A stretch of DNA of 32,000 nt from NCBI GenBank assembly GCA_965250005.1, contig OZ252279.1, positions 750,001 to 782,000 of the forward strand. Direction: 5' to 3'. How positions within the stretch are numbered: the first letter of the stretch is position 1; each line of letters opens with the position of its first letter. The DNA comes from Demequinaceae bacterium. Lineage in GTDB: Bacteria; Actinomycetota; Actinomycetes; Actinomycetales; Demequinaceae. This document shows positions 10,487 through 20,396 of the stretch, one piece after another. The position numbers and the translations under genes are program-made. Under the pieces are notes generated by a model. That model was not told the origin of the DNA and ran no database searches. It worked only from the letters and a program-made list of their open reading frames with translations.

Positions 10487-11119
10487 ATGACCGAGAACTC
10501 CGGATCTGCCCCCAAGAAGCCCTCCCCAAAGAAGCGCGCCGCCACGCGGTCCGCAGCGAAGAAGTCCGCCTCAGGTGGCACGACACCAGCGCCCAAAAAA
10601 CGCGCCGCATCCGTCAAGGCGAAGAAGACCGCGTCCTCTTTGACACCCGCTCCCGGCATGCTCACGCCGCCAGCGCCGCCGCTGAAGAACCAAATCGCCC
10701 GTGAGCGGTCTCCAAAAACACAGACGGAGCAGCCAACCGCGTCGTCGGTCACCGCCAAGCCGATGCTCGAAAGTGACGCGCGCACGTTCTCCATGCTCCT
10801 CCACCTGTCGGCGATCCTGCTCGCCAGCGTAGGGCTTGGCTTTGCTGGGCCTCTAGTTTTTTGGCTGATGTACAAGGCCCGCAGCGCGCTCGTCGACCAG
10901 CACGGCAAACAAGAACTAAACCTGCAGATCACCCTCTACATCCTGGCGATCGGAGGTTTCGTCTTTTCCCTCGCAACGTGGGGATTCGGCGCGTTGGTAG
11001 TGCTGCCCTCGTTCATCATCTTCGCGGTGATTGCGCTCGTGTTCCAAATCATTGCCGCGGTTGCCGGGTACAAGGGCCAGTACTACAGGTACGGGATCGC
11101 ATTCCCCATCCTCAAGTAG
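10487..11119 (+). CDS. DUF4870-family membrane protein with a long Lys/Ala/Pro-rich N-terminal tail (paralog 3)
   Basis: The C-terminal half (LLHLSAILLASVGLGFAGPLVFWLMYKARSALVDQHGKQELNLQITLYI...YYRYGIAFPILK) matches paralog 2. The N-terminal ~95 aa are low complexity (KKPSPKKRAATRSAAKKSASGG...). Confidence 0.82.
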   Translation: MTENSGSAPKKPSPKKRAATRSAAKKSASGGTTPAPKKRAASVKAKKTASSLTPAPGMLTPPAPPLKNQIARERSPKTQTEQPTASSVTAKPMLESDARTFSMLLHLSAILLASVGLGFAGPLVFWLMYKARSALVDQHGKQELNLQITLYILAIGGFVFSLATWGFGALVVLPSFIIFAVIALVFQIIAAVAGYKGQYYRYGIAFPILK

Positions 11120-11131
11120 CGGCGGCGGGCT

Positions 11132-12301
11132 CTAGGTAACCTGTCGAACCACGAGGTCCGCTAGTAGCCGTCCGCGCCGGGTCAACACCAAGGTGCCCGC
11201 GGCCAGCGCGAGTTCCTCGATTAAGCCGTCGGCGGCAAGTTGTGGGGCCTGCTCACGGGCGCGGACGGCCAGCAAATCCAGCGCCATTCCATCCGCCAGC
11301 CGGACGCCTAGCATCACGCGCTCAAGCGCGATTTGGTCACCCGTCAGGGTCTCGCGCTCCTGCTCAGGGCTCTTCCCCGCGGCGAGCCGCTCGCCGTAAG
11401 CGCGCGGGTGCTTGACATTCCACCAGCGCTGCGCTCCCTCGGCCGTGTGCGCCAGATAGGAATGCGCGCCGGGGCCCACGCCCCACCAGTCGTCGCCCTT
11501 CCAGTAGCCGATGTTGTGGCGGCACGCGTCTTTGGGCGTGCGCGCCCAGTTGCTCACCTCGTACCAGGAGAATCCCGCCACAGTAAAAGCCTCGTCAGCG
11601 AACTCGTACATCTTGGCCTGAACGTCGGGGATGACGGACGCGATTTTCCCGCGCCGCATTTGCGCGCCCATTTTGGTGCCCGGCTCGATGACCAGCGCGT
11701 AGGCGCTGAGGTGGTCGGGCTCGAGCTTGAGCGCAGCGTCCAAGCTGAGCTGCCAGTCACCTAAGGACTCCCCGGGGGTGCCGTAAATGAGGTCAAGCGA
11801 GACGTCGAGGCCCACTCCTCGCGCCCATCGCACGGCGCGTGCCACATTCTCAGGATTGTGCGTACGCTCCAGCGTGGCGAGCACGTGTGGCACGGCCGAC
11901 TGCATCCCGAAGCTCACGCGAGTAAACCCCGCGGCCCTGAGGCTGGCCATGGATTCCTCGCTGACCGAGTCCGGGTTCGCCTCCGTTGTCACCTCAGCGT
12001 CCGCAGCGATCCCCCATGTGTCCCGCACGCCGTCTAGCAGGCGGCCGAGGGCGGCGGTGTCGAGCAGAGTGGGCGTGCCGCCGCCAAAGAAGACGGTAGC
12101 TGCCTGGCGCGTGTCGTCCCCCATCACGCCGCGCGCGAAGGCCATCTCCGCGAGTGCCGCCTCGACGTAGCCCTCGGGCGATGCGCCGTCCAACTCACCT
12201 GGCGCGTACGTATTGAAGTCGCAGTACCCGCACCGGACAGAGCAGAACGGCACGTGGACATAAACGCCGAAGCGCCGAGCACTAGCTCCGGTGGCGTCCA
12301 C
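11132..12301 (-). CDS. hemW: Radical SAM heme chaperone / coproporphyrinogen III oxidase-like HemW
   Basis: FGVYVHVPFCSVRCGYCDFNTY (CxxxCxxC), FFGGGTPTLL and SVSFGMQS-like TRVSFGMQSAVPHVL. GTG start at 12301 overlaps the lepA stop by 1 nt; the ORF-track extension to 12466 is not needed. Confidence 0.93.
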   Translation of the reverse strand: MDATGASARRFGVYVHVPFCSVRCGYCDFNTYAPGELDGASPEGYVEAALAEMAFARGVMGDDTRQAATVFFGGGTPTLLDTAALGRLLDGVRDTWGIAADAEVTTEANPDSVSEESMASLRAAGFTRVSFGMQSAVPHVLATLERTHNPENVARAVRWARGVGLDVSLDLIYGTPGESLGDWQLSLDAALKLEPDHLSAYALVIEPGTKMGAQMRRGKIASVIPDVQAKMYEFADEAFTVAGFSWYEVSNWARTPKDACRHNIGYWKGDDWWGVGPGAHSYLAHTAEGAQRWWNVKHPRAYGERLAAGKSPEQERETLTGDQIALERVMLGVRLADGMALDLLAVRAREQAPQLAADGLIEELALAAGTLVLTRRGRLLADLVVRQVT

Positions 12302-14220
12302 TACTTCTTCTTGCCGCCCTTGTCGGAGCTGTCGTCTGAGGTGCTCAGCGCGGCGATAAACGCCTCCGGCGGGACCTCGACAGACCCGATGTTCTTCATG
12401 CGCTTCTTTCCTGCCTTCTGCTTCTCGAGGAGCTTGCGCTTGCGGCTGATGTCGCCCCCGTAGCACTTGGCAAGCACATCCTTACGTATGGCCCGCACTG
12501 TCTCGCGGGCGATCACGCGCGCTCCGATCGCGGCCTGGATGGGCACCTCAAACTGCTGGCGGTCAATGAGGTCTTTGAGCTTGGTGACCATCTGGAGCCC
12601 GTAAGCGTAGGCCGCATCCTTGTGGACCACCGCGCTGAACGCGTCGACCGGCTCGCCCTGAAGAAGAATGTCCACCTTGACCAGGTCGCCAACCTGTTCA
12701 CCGTCGGGGTCGTAGTCAAGCGAGCCGTACCCGCGCGTGCGCGACTTGAGCTGATCAAAGAAGTCAAAAACAATCTCCGCAAGCGGCAGCGTGTAGTGCA
12801 TCTCCACGCGCTCGGCGCTCAGGTAGTTCATCACGCCCATCGTTCCGCGACGCTCTTGGCACAACTCCATCACGGCGCCAATAAACTCGCTGGGAACCAG
12901 GATGGTCGCCTTCACCACGGGCTCCCTTACCGCGCCAATTTTGCCGCCGGGGAACTCGCTGGGGTTGGTGACCTCGATCTCTTTCCCGTCGTCCATTTCC
13001 ACGTGGTAGACCACGTTAGGGGCCGTCGAAATGAGGTCGATGCCAAACTCGCGCTCCAGCCGGTCGCGCACGATTTCGAGATGGAGCAGGCCCAGATAAC
13101 CGCATCGGAAGCCGAACCCGAGGGCAACGGAGTTCTCGGGCTCGTAAACCAACGAGGCATCGTTGAGTTGAAGCTTGTCTAGCGCCTCGCGCAAAACTGG
13201 AAAGTCGCTGCCGTCGAGCGGGAACAGCCCCGAATAAACCATGGGGCGCGGCTCGCGGTACCCGCCTAGCGACTCGACCGCTCGCGCGTTGGCCAACGTC
13301 ACAGTGTCACCAACCTTGGACAGGCGAACGTCCTTCACGCCGGTGATGAGGTAGCCGACCTCGCCCACGCCGAGCCCCTTGGACGGAGTGGGCTCAGGCG
13401 AACTGACACCGATCTCGAGCAGGTCGTGAGTCGCCTTGGTGGACATCATCGCGATCGAGTCCTTGGAGGATAGATGACCGTCGACCACCCGAATGTAGGT
13501 GACCACGCCGCGATAGGTGTCGTAGACCGAGTCGAAAATCATGGCCCGCGTGGGTCCAGACGCGTCGCCCGTCGGCGGAGGAATGTCTCGCACCACTCGG
13601 TCAAGCAGTTCTGGGACACCCCGCCCGGTCTTGCCGCTGACCCGCATCACGTCGTCGGGCTCGCAACCGACCAGCTTGGCGAGTTCAGCCGCGTACCGCT
13701 CAGGGTCCGCCGACGGCAGGTCAATCTTGTTGAGCACAGGAATGATCGTGAGGTCGTTCTCCATCGCAAGGTACAAGTTTGCGAGAGTCTGGGCCTCGAT
13801 GCCCTGCGCCGCGTCAACCAGCAGAACGGCTCCCTCGCAAGCGGCCAGGCTCCTGGACACCTCGTAAGAGAAGTCGACGTGACCCGGGGTGTCGATCATG
13901 TTCAGTGCGCGGGGGGCGCCGTCGACTATCCATGGCATCCGCACGGCCTGAGACTTGATGGTGATGCCACGCTCGCGCTCAATGTCCATGCGGTCAAGGT
14001 ATTGGTCGCGCATATCGCGCTGGTCTACGATCCCCGTGAGCTGCAGCATCCGGTCTGCGAGTGTGGACTTGCCGTGGTCGATGTGCGCGATGATGCTGAA
14101 ATTCCGGATGAGTTCCGGAGCAGTCGAGGCGGGCTCGATGCGCTTGTCAGCAGGCACGGCAGTCTGGATTCCTTTTCTCCGAGGGCGTGCCCCATGGTCC
14201 CACGGTTTGCCACCATTCAT
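12301..14220 (-). CDS. lepA: Elongation factor 4
   Basis: [49 protein letters not shown] and a C-terminal [14 protein letters not shown]. The start codon is uncertain; ATG at 14220 is more plausible than 14406. Confidence 0.95.
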   Translation of the reverse strand: MNGGKPWDHGARPRRKGIQTAVPADKRIEPASTAPELIRNFSIIAHIDHGKSTLADRMLQLTGIVDQRDMRDQYLDRMDIERERGITIKSQAVRMPWIVDGAPRALNMIDTPGHVDFSYEVSRSLAACEGAVLLVDAAQGIEAQTLANLYLAMENDLTIIPVLNKIDLPSADPERYAAELAKLVGCEPDDVMRVSGKTGRGVPELLDRVVRDIPPPTGDASGPTRAMIFDSVYDTYRGVVTYIRVVDGHLSSKDSIAMMSTKATHDLLEIGVSSPEPTPSKGLGVGEVGYLITGVKDVRLSKVGDTVTLANARAVESLGGYREPRPMVYSGLFPLDGSDFPVLREALDKLQLNDASLVYEPENSVALGFGFRCGYLGLLHLEIVRDRLEREFGIDLISTAPNVVYHVEMDDGKEIEVTNPSEFPGGKIGAVREPVVKATILVPSEFIGAVMELCQERRGTMGVMNYLSAERVEMHYTLPLAEIVFDFFDQLKSRTRGYGSLDYDPDGEQVGDLVKVDILLQGEPVDAFSAVVHKDAAYAYGLQMVTKLKDLIDRQQFEVPIQAAIGARVIARETVRAIRKDVLAKCYGGDISRKRKLLEKQKAGKKRMKNIGSVEVPPEAFIAALSTSDDSSDKGGKKK

Positions 14221-14303
14221 GTGCTGCGCTAATGTGCCGATAGTTTCTGCGGGATTCACCGCGCTGTCGCGCGGCCATGTCAAAACTGAGAGAGGAAGGC
14301 GTG

Positions 14304-16007
14304 ATGTCTGTAAACGACGACCTCTTTCGCTCCACTTTTCGCGACTCCCCCATTGGGATGGCTGTCCTCGATCACGAAGGACGCTACACCGAGCTGAACA
14401 CCGCATTCGCCCGCATGCTTGGCATGCTGGCGGAAACCCTTACCAAGAGACATTTCTCCGAGTTCACGCACCCCGATGACCTGCCCCGCGACCTGGAACT
14501 CTTCGAGCAACTAATCGCCGGTGACTTCCCGTACTTCCAGATCCAGAAGCGCTACATAGACGCGCAGGGAGACACGGTGTGGTGTCGCGTAACCGTGACC
14601 GCGACAGAAGACTTCGAGGAAACGTCCCGTCAGTACATCGCGCAGATCGAGGACATCACCGCGTTCAGGCGCGCTACCGACTTGCTCGAGCACCGTACGC
14701 TGTACGACCCTCTCACGGGGCTTGCCAACCGCACTCTGCTGGTTGACCGGCTGACCCACGCGCTCGCAAGCCATTCTGGTAGGCCAAATACCGTTGGAGT
14801 CGTCTTTATGGACGTCGATCACTTCAACGTTGTCAACGACTCACTCGGCCACGCGGCCGGCGATCAACTCCTAGCGGAGATCGGCAAGCGGATACAGGGA
14901 GCCGTCCGCGCGGGAGACACCGTGGCTAGGTTGGGCGGAGACGAGTTCGTTCTTGTTTTCGAGAACATCATGTCACTAGCGGAGGCGCAGGGCCTGGCGG
15001 CTGTTGTGACCGCCGCTGTCCAGACGCCCATCGAGGTGGCGGAACACGAGGTCGTGCCAACCGTGAGCGCAGGCCTGGCCCTGGCGCACGGAGATATCAC
15101 AGCCGAGACACTGATCCGCGACGCGGACACGGCGATGTACGCGGCAAAGGAATCTGGGCGCGCCAAAATCGAGGTCTTCAGCTCGAATCTCCGCCAAAGC
15201 GCGCTGCACCGTTTATCCATCGAGGCGGAGTTGCGCACGGCGGTCCGCGACGGTGAACTCACCGTGCACTACCAGCCGGTGATCGACATGCTCACCGAAC
15301 AAATTGCGGCGTACGAGGCCCTTGTCCGCTGGGAACACCCCACCCGCGGACTGCTGCTACCCAAGCACTTCATCGAGATCTCAGAGGAATCTAATCTCGT
15401 CGTTCCACTCGGGGCCTTCGTCCTCCACGAGGCGTGCGCCTTCATCTCACGCCATCCCGAATTTGCGGGTCGCGTATTCATCAACGTCTCGACCCGGCAA
15501 ATCGGCACGGCAGATCTCACGCGAGCGGTCAAGTCCGCGCTAGCGTCTTCCGGAGTAGACCCGCGCCGCATCGCACTTGAAATTACGGAGTCCGGGATGC
15601 TCACCGCGACCAAGGTCGCGCGCGCGGACCTTGAGAGCATCGCCGCCCTAGGCGTGGACCTCGTCCTGGACGACTTTGGGACCGGCTACTCGTCTCTTGC
15701 CTCCGTTCTGCAGAACCCCATCTCGGGCCTGAAGCTCTCGCGCGAGTTCTCCTCGCGCCTGGGCGACGACAGCACGGGAGATCGCATCTCAACCGCCGTA
15801 GCCAACTTGACCCGCAGCATCGGCATGTACGGCGTGGTCGAAGGCATCGAAACCAAAGCCCAATACGAGCGAGCCAAAGAACACGGCTGGACCTACGGTC
15901 AGGGTTACCTCTTCGGTTACCCCACCCCGGAACACGAACTGCCCTTCGAGACCACCGGGCGCACAGCGTTGGCGCACTCGGCGCGGAGGGTGAAAGGAAC
16001 GGCGTGA
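14304..16007 (+). CDS. PAS-GGDEF-EAL protein (cyclic-di-GMP turnover)
   Basis: PAS-like [22 protein letters not shown], intact [11 protein letters not shown], intact [10 protein letters not shown] and [28 protein letters not shown] precedes ATG 14304; the upstream alternative start is at 14277. Confidence 0.93.
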   Translation: MSVNDDLFRSTFRDSPIGMAVLDHEGRYTELNTAFARMLGMLAETLTKRHFSEFTHPDDLPRDLELFEQLIAGDFPYFQIQKRYIDAQGDTVWCRVTVTATEDFEETSRQYIAQIEDITAFRRATDLLEHRTLYDPLTGLANRTLLVDRLTHALASHSGRPNTVGVVFMDVDHFNVVNDSLGHAAGDQLLAEIGKRIQGAVRAGDTVARLGGDEFVLVFENIMSLAEAQGLAAVVTAAVQTPIEVAEHEVVPTVSAGLALAHGDITAETLIRDADTAMYAAKESGRAKIEVFSSNLRQSALHRLSIEAELRTAVRDGELTVHYQPVIDMLTEQIAAYEALVRWEHPTRGLLLPKHFIEISEESNLVVPLGAFVLHEACAFISRHPEFAGRVFINVSTRQIGTADLTRAVKSALASSGVDPRRIALEITESGMLTATKVARADLESIAALGVDLVLDDFGTGYSSLASVLQNPISGLKLSREFSSRLGDDSTGDRISTAVANLTRSIGMYGVVEGIETKAQYERAKEHGWTYGQGYLFGYPTPEHELPFETTGRTALAHSARRVKGTA

Positions 16008-16630
16008 GCTCATCTGGACGCGACCTATTTCGCGACCTTGCCGTCGCGACAATCAACGCCCTGACCAAAGATGGCTCTGCGCTCCGAAGCAAGCGGTCGG
16101 CCAGAGTTCGGCCGACCGCCAAGCCAGAACCCCGCGCAAAGTCCAAGCCCCGCTCGAAGCCGAAACCCAAGTCACCCGCGAAACCCCGCGGCAAGGCGCC
16201 ATCGAGCCCGCCACTCAGTGATGTGTACCCCGGAGACTTCACATCGCGCGCCACGGTCATCTATTCGCCTGACCCCGACGGCCAGCCGGACCCTGGCGAA
16301 GTTGTTTGGACATGGGTCCCTTACGAAGAGGACTTCACACAAGGCAAGGATCGACCGGTGCTACTAGTAGCCCACGACGGCGACTGGCTGCTCGGACTTA
16401 TGCTAACCAGCCAAGACCACGATCGGGACGCGGCCGACGAAGCGCGGTGGGGTCGCTACTGGATCGACGTTGGCAGCGGAGCGTGGGACTCAAAGGGTCG
16501 GCCGAGCGAAGCCCGGTTGGATAGAATCTTGCGCGTCAACCCTGAGTCCGTTAGGCGCGAGGGCGCGGTTCTCAAGCGCAAAGTCTTTGACCAGGTGAAG
16601 AAGGCTCTTGCGGTGACCAACGGCTGGTAG
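16004..16630 (+). CDS. PemK/MazF-like domain protein with a basic, Pro/Lys-rich N-terminal linker
   Basis: DVYPGDFTSRATVIYSPDPDGQPDPGEVVWTWVPYEEDFTQGKDRPVLLVAHDGDWLLGLMLTSQDHD resembles the actinobacterial PemK-like family. The GTG start overlaps the TGA of the GGDEF-EAL gene. Confidence 0.78.
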   Translation: MSSSGRDLFRDLAVATINALTKDGSALRSKRSARVRPTAKPEPRAKSKPRSKPKPKSPAKPRGKAPSSPPLSDVYPGDFTSRATVIYSPDPDGQPDPGEVVWTWVPYEEDFTQGKDRPVLLVAHDGDWLLGLMLTSQDHDRDAADEARWGRYWIDVGSGAWDSKGRPSEARLDRILRVNPESVRREGAVLKRKVFDQVKKALAVTNGW

Positions 16631-16702
16631 CATTGGTCTTCGCGTGCGCGCCCTTTCGGGACGCCACCATCATGACTTCAACTCACGTACAAGGAACCCC
16701 CT

Positions 16703-16963
16703 GTGGCAAATATCAAGTCGAAGATCAAGCGGATCGGGACCAACGAGAAGGCCCGCGTCCGCAACGTCGCTGTGCGCTCGGAGCTCAGGACTCACGTCCG
16801 CCGCGTTCGCGAGGCCGTTGCAGCCGGCGACAAGAAGAGTGCAGAGACCGCCCTCAAGTCTGCTTCCGTCAAACTCGACAAAGCCGCCGCCAAGGGCGTT
16901 ATCCACCAGAATCAGGCAGCCAACCGAAAGTCGGCGCTCGCCGTGCAGGTCGCGGCCCTCTAG
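16703..16963 (+). CDS. rpsT: 30S ribosomal protein S20
   Basis: [44 protein letters not shown]...[20 protein letters not shown] start with upstream AAGGA. Confidence 0.97.
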   Translation: MANIKSKIKRIGTNEKARVRNVAVRSELRTHVRRVREAVAAGDKKSAETALKSASVKLDKAAAKGVIHQNQAANRKSALAVQVAAL

Positions 16964-17053
16964 CCCACCCGCACCATAGGCGCCACTCGGTAGCGCGCGC
17001 ACCATCGTCTTTGGTCCGCATGGCCCCCTGTCACGGCGCCAGCGCGCACTGAA

Positions 17054-18031
17054 CTAAGCTTGGTCGGCGGCTAGCGCCGCCACCTGGCGCACCGCACGTT
17101 CAATCGCGAACCGCGGATGCCTGCCAGCGCCCTTGATCTGTGCGTCGGCCTCCGCAACAGTTTCTATCGCCTTCGCAATCCTGTCCGCATCCCAGTGCCG
17201 CAGGTCCCGTCGCGCGCGATCCACCTGCCACGGCGCCAACCCCAGGTCTCTTGCCGGGTCGAGGCCTCGCCCCCGCGAGGCCCCTACTTTGGCCAGAGTT
17301 CTCAGTTTGGAGGCGAGCGCCGCAACGAGCGGGACTGGATCCGTTCCGCTGTTGAGTGCGTGGCGTACCAGTGCGAGAGACTCCGCCGCCTTGCCCACTA
17401 TTGCGGCGTCGGCCACGGCAAAACCCGTGGCATTGACGCGCGTGCCGTAGTACTTGGCAACGGCGGCCTCGTCGATAGTTCCACTGACGTCGCTCGAGAG
17501 CTGCAAGCAGGCGGCAGCCAGTTCCGGGAGATCGCCTCCGACCGCGTCGACCAGCGCGCGCAGTCCGGCTGCAACGGCTTTGCGCTCGGCACGGGCGAAC
17601 TCAGACGCGACAAAGTCGACAAACTCGGAGTCGCGCTTGACCGCTGCACACGTGTACTCGGCGGCGTTCGCCGAGCGCAGGGCTTCCAGGACCTTCTTGC
17701 CTCGCACGGCCCCGGAGTGCTGGACAACCACGACGACCTCCGGGTCTGGCGCAGAGATGTACTCGAGCGCGTCTTTGGCAAGGTCGTCATTCATGGTCTC
17801 GGCGCCGTCGATGACAACCACCCCGGGCTCCTCAAACAGCGAGGGACTCGCGGCCGACCGGAGGCCCCCGCGCGTGTACCCTGCCGCGCTCAATCGCGTC
17901 ACCGCTACCGTTCCGCGGGCCTCGCGGACGCTCGCGGCGATGGTGTCGATCGCCCGCGTGGCGAGCAATTGCTCCGGCCCGGATACCAGGACCAGTGGGG
18001 CTGGCGCCGCCGAAGCCCAGGTTTTCGCCAC
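17054..18031 (-). CDS. holA: DNA polymerase III subunit delta
   Basis: APLVLVSGPEQLLATRAIDTIAASVREARG...LFEEPGVVVIDGAETMNDDLAKDAL...SLALVRHALNSGTDPVPLVAALASKLRTLAKV. GTG start at 18031 has RBS AGGGGG. The ORF-track start at 18136 looks too long. Confidence 0.88.
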   Translation of the reverse strand: MAKTWASAAPAPLVLVSGPEQLLATRAIDTIAASVREARGTVAVTRLSAAGYTRGGLRSAASPSLFEEPGVVVIDGAETMNDDLAKDALEYISAPDPEVVVVVQHSGAVRGKKVLEALRSANAAEYTCAAVKRDSEFVDFVASEFARAERKAVAAGLRALVDAVGGDLPELAAACLQLSSDVSGTIDEAAVAKYYGTRVNATGFAVADAAIVGKAAESLALVRHALNSGTDPVPLVAALASKLRTLAKVGASRGRGLDPARDLGLAPWQVDRARRDLRHWDADRIAKAIETVAEADAQIKGAGRHPRFAIERAVRQVAALAADQA

Positions 18032-20396
18032 GGGGTTGCCCCCTGCTGATCGGCCCGCTCTCTGTCCCGCCATGCGCCAAGCCTGCCACGGCCTGCGGAC
18101 ACCGTGCGAACGCGAGCGGTGGGGCGCCGGGCACAAAGTCCACGTCCCCGCACTCGTCGGTCCTCAGCACGCGCGCACCTGTCCCACGGTAGAGATCGAG
18201 CGCGGCCGTCGTTGGGTGACCGTACGTGTTGTCACCCCCCACGCTCACAACGGCGAATCGGGCGCTGATCCGCGCCGCGAGACCCGGATCTTGCCGCCTG
18301 GATCCATGGTGCGGAATCTTGACGACATCCACCACAACGGCGGAAGGAAGCTCGCGCAGAAGCGCCCGCTGGCCCGCGTTCTCCAGGTCGCCGAGCGCGA
18401 GCACGGTCAGACCACCTGCCATTGCGCGAACAACCAGGCTCGCATCGTTGAGATTGGGGCCTTCATTCCCGCCGCGCGGTTCAAAACTCCAAACTTCGAG
18501 CACGACGTCACCAACGCGCACTTGCGCGCCAGCGATTGGCGCGCGGACAGTCACGCCCTCGTTCGCCAGGATGCGGGCCGCGGTACCCCGCTCCCCCCGT
18601 AGCCCGACCGCCGGCACCCATGCCTCCCCGACGTCCGCATGAGCGAGCAGGTCACGCACGCCGCCGTCGTGGTCCGCGTGCGGGTGCGTGAGCACCAGCA
18701 AGGGCACCGAATCCACGCTGTGCCGCGTGAGACATTCCGCGCCACCTCCCCCGGGAGGACCCGAGTCGATGACAATCGCGCTGCTTCTCCCGGTGCGTAG
18801 CAGCAGCATGTCCCCCTGCCCCACGTCGCACGCAGCGATCGACCAGTCATCTGGGGCCGACGCGGCCCGCGTCACTTGGGCGCCCCACACCGCGGGCGTC
18901 GCCGCCACCATTGAGCAGGCGGCGACCAGCCCCGCGAGGCGCGCCCACCCGCGTACCCGCCGTACCACGGTTGCTGCGACTAGCGCTGCGCTCACCACGC
19001 CTGCGAGCAGCGCGCCGACAAGTCCAGCAGGCCACGGCACCCACGCGCCCGGTAGTGCGGCGAAACCCGCGGCCGACCACGCGATCGGCCACGCAAATGC
19101 TGAGGCCGCCCACGCGAACACAACACCGAGGGGCGCCCACAGTGCGCCCGCGACTAGCGCAACGACGCCGACCAACGTGACCCCGATCGCAAATGGGACC
19201 GCAACCATGTTGGCGGGTATCGCGTAAGCGCCTGCTCCGGGGTTGAACAGGACAAGAATCGGCAGGCACGCGAACTGGGCTGCGATCGGAATTGACGCGA
19301 GTTTGGCGAGGGCTGGCGTGAAGATCTTCTCGCACACGCGCGCCACATGCGGCGCCCACAGCGCGATCCCCGCTGTCGCGGCAACCGAGAGGGCGAAGCC
19401 GAACGACAACGAGAGGTACGGGTCGATGATCAACAGCCCAATGACGGCACTCGCCAGTGCGGGCAGGGCCTGAGCCGGCCTACCCCACCACAGGGCAAGC
19501 GCGAGGACCGCACCCATCCACCCGGCCCGCACCACACTCGGATCTGGAAAAACCACGGCGATGAAACCCGCCATGACCGCTGCGAGCACCACGACGCGCG
19601 CGGGCCGCTTCCACCGCAGCGCGCGTGTCGCGGCGCCAGCAGCAATCGCGAGGATCGCGAAGTGCGCGCCAGAGACTGCGGTGAGGTGCGTAAGGCTCGT
19701 CACCCGCATGTCCGCAGCCTGAGCGGCGCCCATCTGCTCCGTGTCTCCGATCACCATCCCAACCGTGAGGCCACGAACGGTTCCCGGTAGCCCGCTAGCT
19801 GATGTGCGCAGTCGCTCACGCAGGTAGGCGACTACCTGTGCGTGCCGCGGGCCTTCAGACGTCATGAGCAGTTCTGCCTGCCACGCGATCGCGACGTTTC
19901 TGCCTCGCCCTCCTTCGCTCAAACGCACGCGCGCGACCACCGTTTGCCCGTACTCGACGACTCCCCAATCGCCGCCAACTAGCGTGACCTCAGCACGCGT
20001 CGCCTGAGTTGCGCCACCTGCCCCCCAGGCCGACAGTCGGACGGGCACGCGCCAACGTTCGGTACCGCCGTGTGCAGCCACCGACGTCGCCGAGGGCTCA
20101 CGCAGCACCTGCCCGACGACCACCACTTCGCGGCCGTCCATGGCTTCGCGGATTCCGCCGCTCCACAGGACCTGCTCGTGCCACGAAGTCGTCACCGTCA
20201 CCGCAATCACCGCTGCGAGCGCGAACCACCACTGTCCGTGGGGCCTCACGGGTCGAACGAGCAGTGTCAGCAGCGCCGCCGCGACGCCGGCGGCAGCCCA
20301 CCAAGCCGGGTGGACGAGGCTCGCCGCAAGTGACCCGGCAACCACGTAGGCGCCGATGGCCGCGGGCACCAGTCGAGCGTCGTGACGTGGCTTCAC
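17832..20396 (-). CDS. comEC: ComEC/Rec2-type DNA internalisation protein
   Basis: LTHLTAVSGAHFAILAIAAGAATR, many TM helices, and a C-terminal metallo-beta-lactamase-like domain (VLTHPHADHDGG, KIPHHGSRR). The last ~65-85 codons may not be native (see findings). Confidence 0.92.
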   Translation of the reverse strand: MKPRHDARLVPAAIGAYVVAGSLAASLVHPAWWAAAGVAAALLTLLVRPVRPHGQWWFALAAVIAVTVTTSWHEQVLWSGGIREAMDGREVVVVGQVLREPSATSVAAHGGTERWRVPVRLSAWGAGGATQATRAEVTLVGGDWGVVEYGQTVVARVRLSEGGRGRNVAIAWQAELLMTSEGPRHAQVVAYLRERLRTSASGLPGTVRGLTVGMVIGDTEQMGAAQAADMRVTSLTHLTAVSGAHFAILAIAAGAATRALRWKRPARVVVLAAVMAGFIAVVFPDPSVVRAGWMGAVLALALWWGRPAQALPALASAVIGLLIIDPYLSLSFGFALSVAATAGIALWAPHVARVCEKIFTPALAKLASIPIAAQFACLPILVLFNPGAGAYAIPANMVAVPFAIGVTLVGVVALVAGALWAPLGVVFAWAASAFAWPIAWSAAGFAALPGAWVPWPAGLVGALLAGVVSAALVAATVVRRVRGWARLAGLVAACSMVAATPAVWGAQVTRAASAPDDWSIAACDVGQGDMLLLRTGRSSAIVIDSGPPGGGGAECLTRHSVDSVPLLVLTHPHADHDGGVRDLLAHADVGEAWVPAVGLRGERGTAARILANEGVTVRAPIAGAQVRVGDVVLEVWSFEPRGGNEGPNLNDASLVVRAMAGGLTVLALGDLENAGQRALLRELPSAVVVDVVKIPHHGSRRQDPGLAARISARFAVVSVGGDNTYGHPTTAALDLYRGTGARVLRTDECGDVDFVPGAPPLAFARCPQAVAGLAHGGTESGPISRGQPRGENLGFGGASPTGPGIRAGAIARHAGDRHHRRERPRGPRNGSGDAIERGRVHARGPPVGRESLAV

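Noticed and set aside
16004-16630. Canonical type II toxin-antitoxin module
   Set aside because: The PemK/MazF-like gene directly overlaps a large GGDEF-EAL gene, and no small antitoxin ORF is adjacent. It was therefore recorded as a PemK-like protein only.
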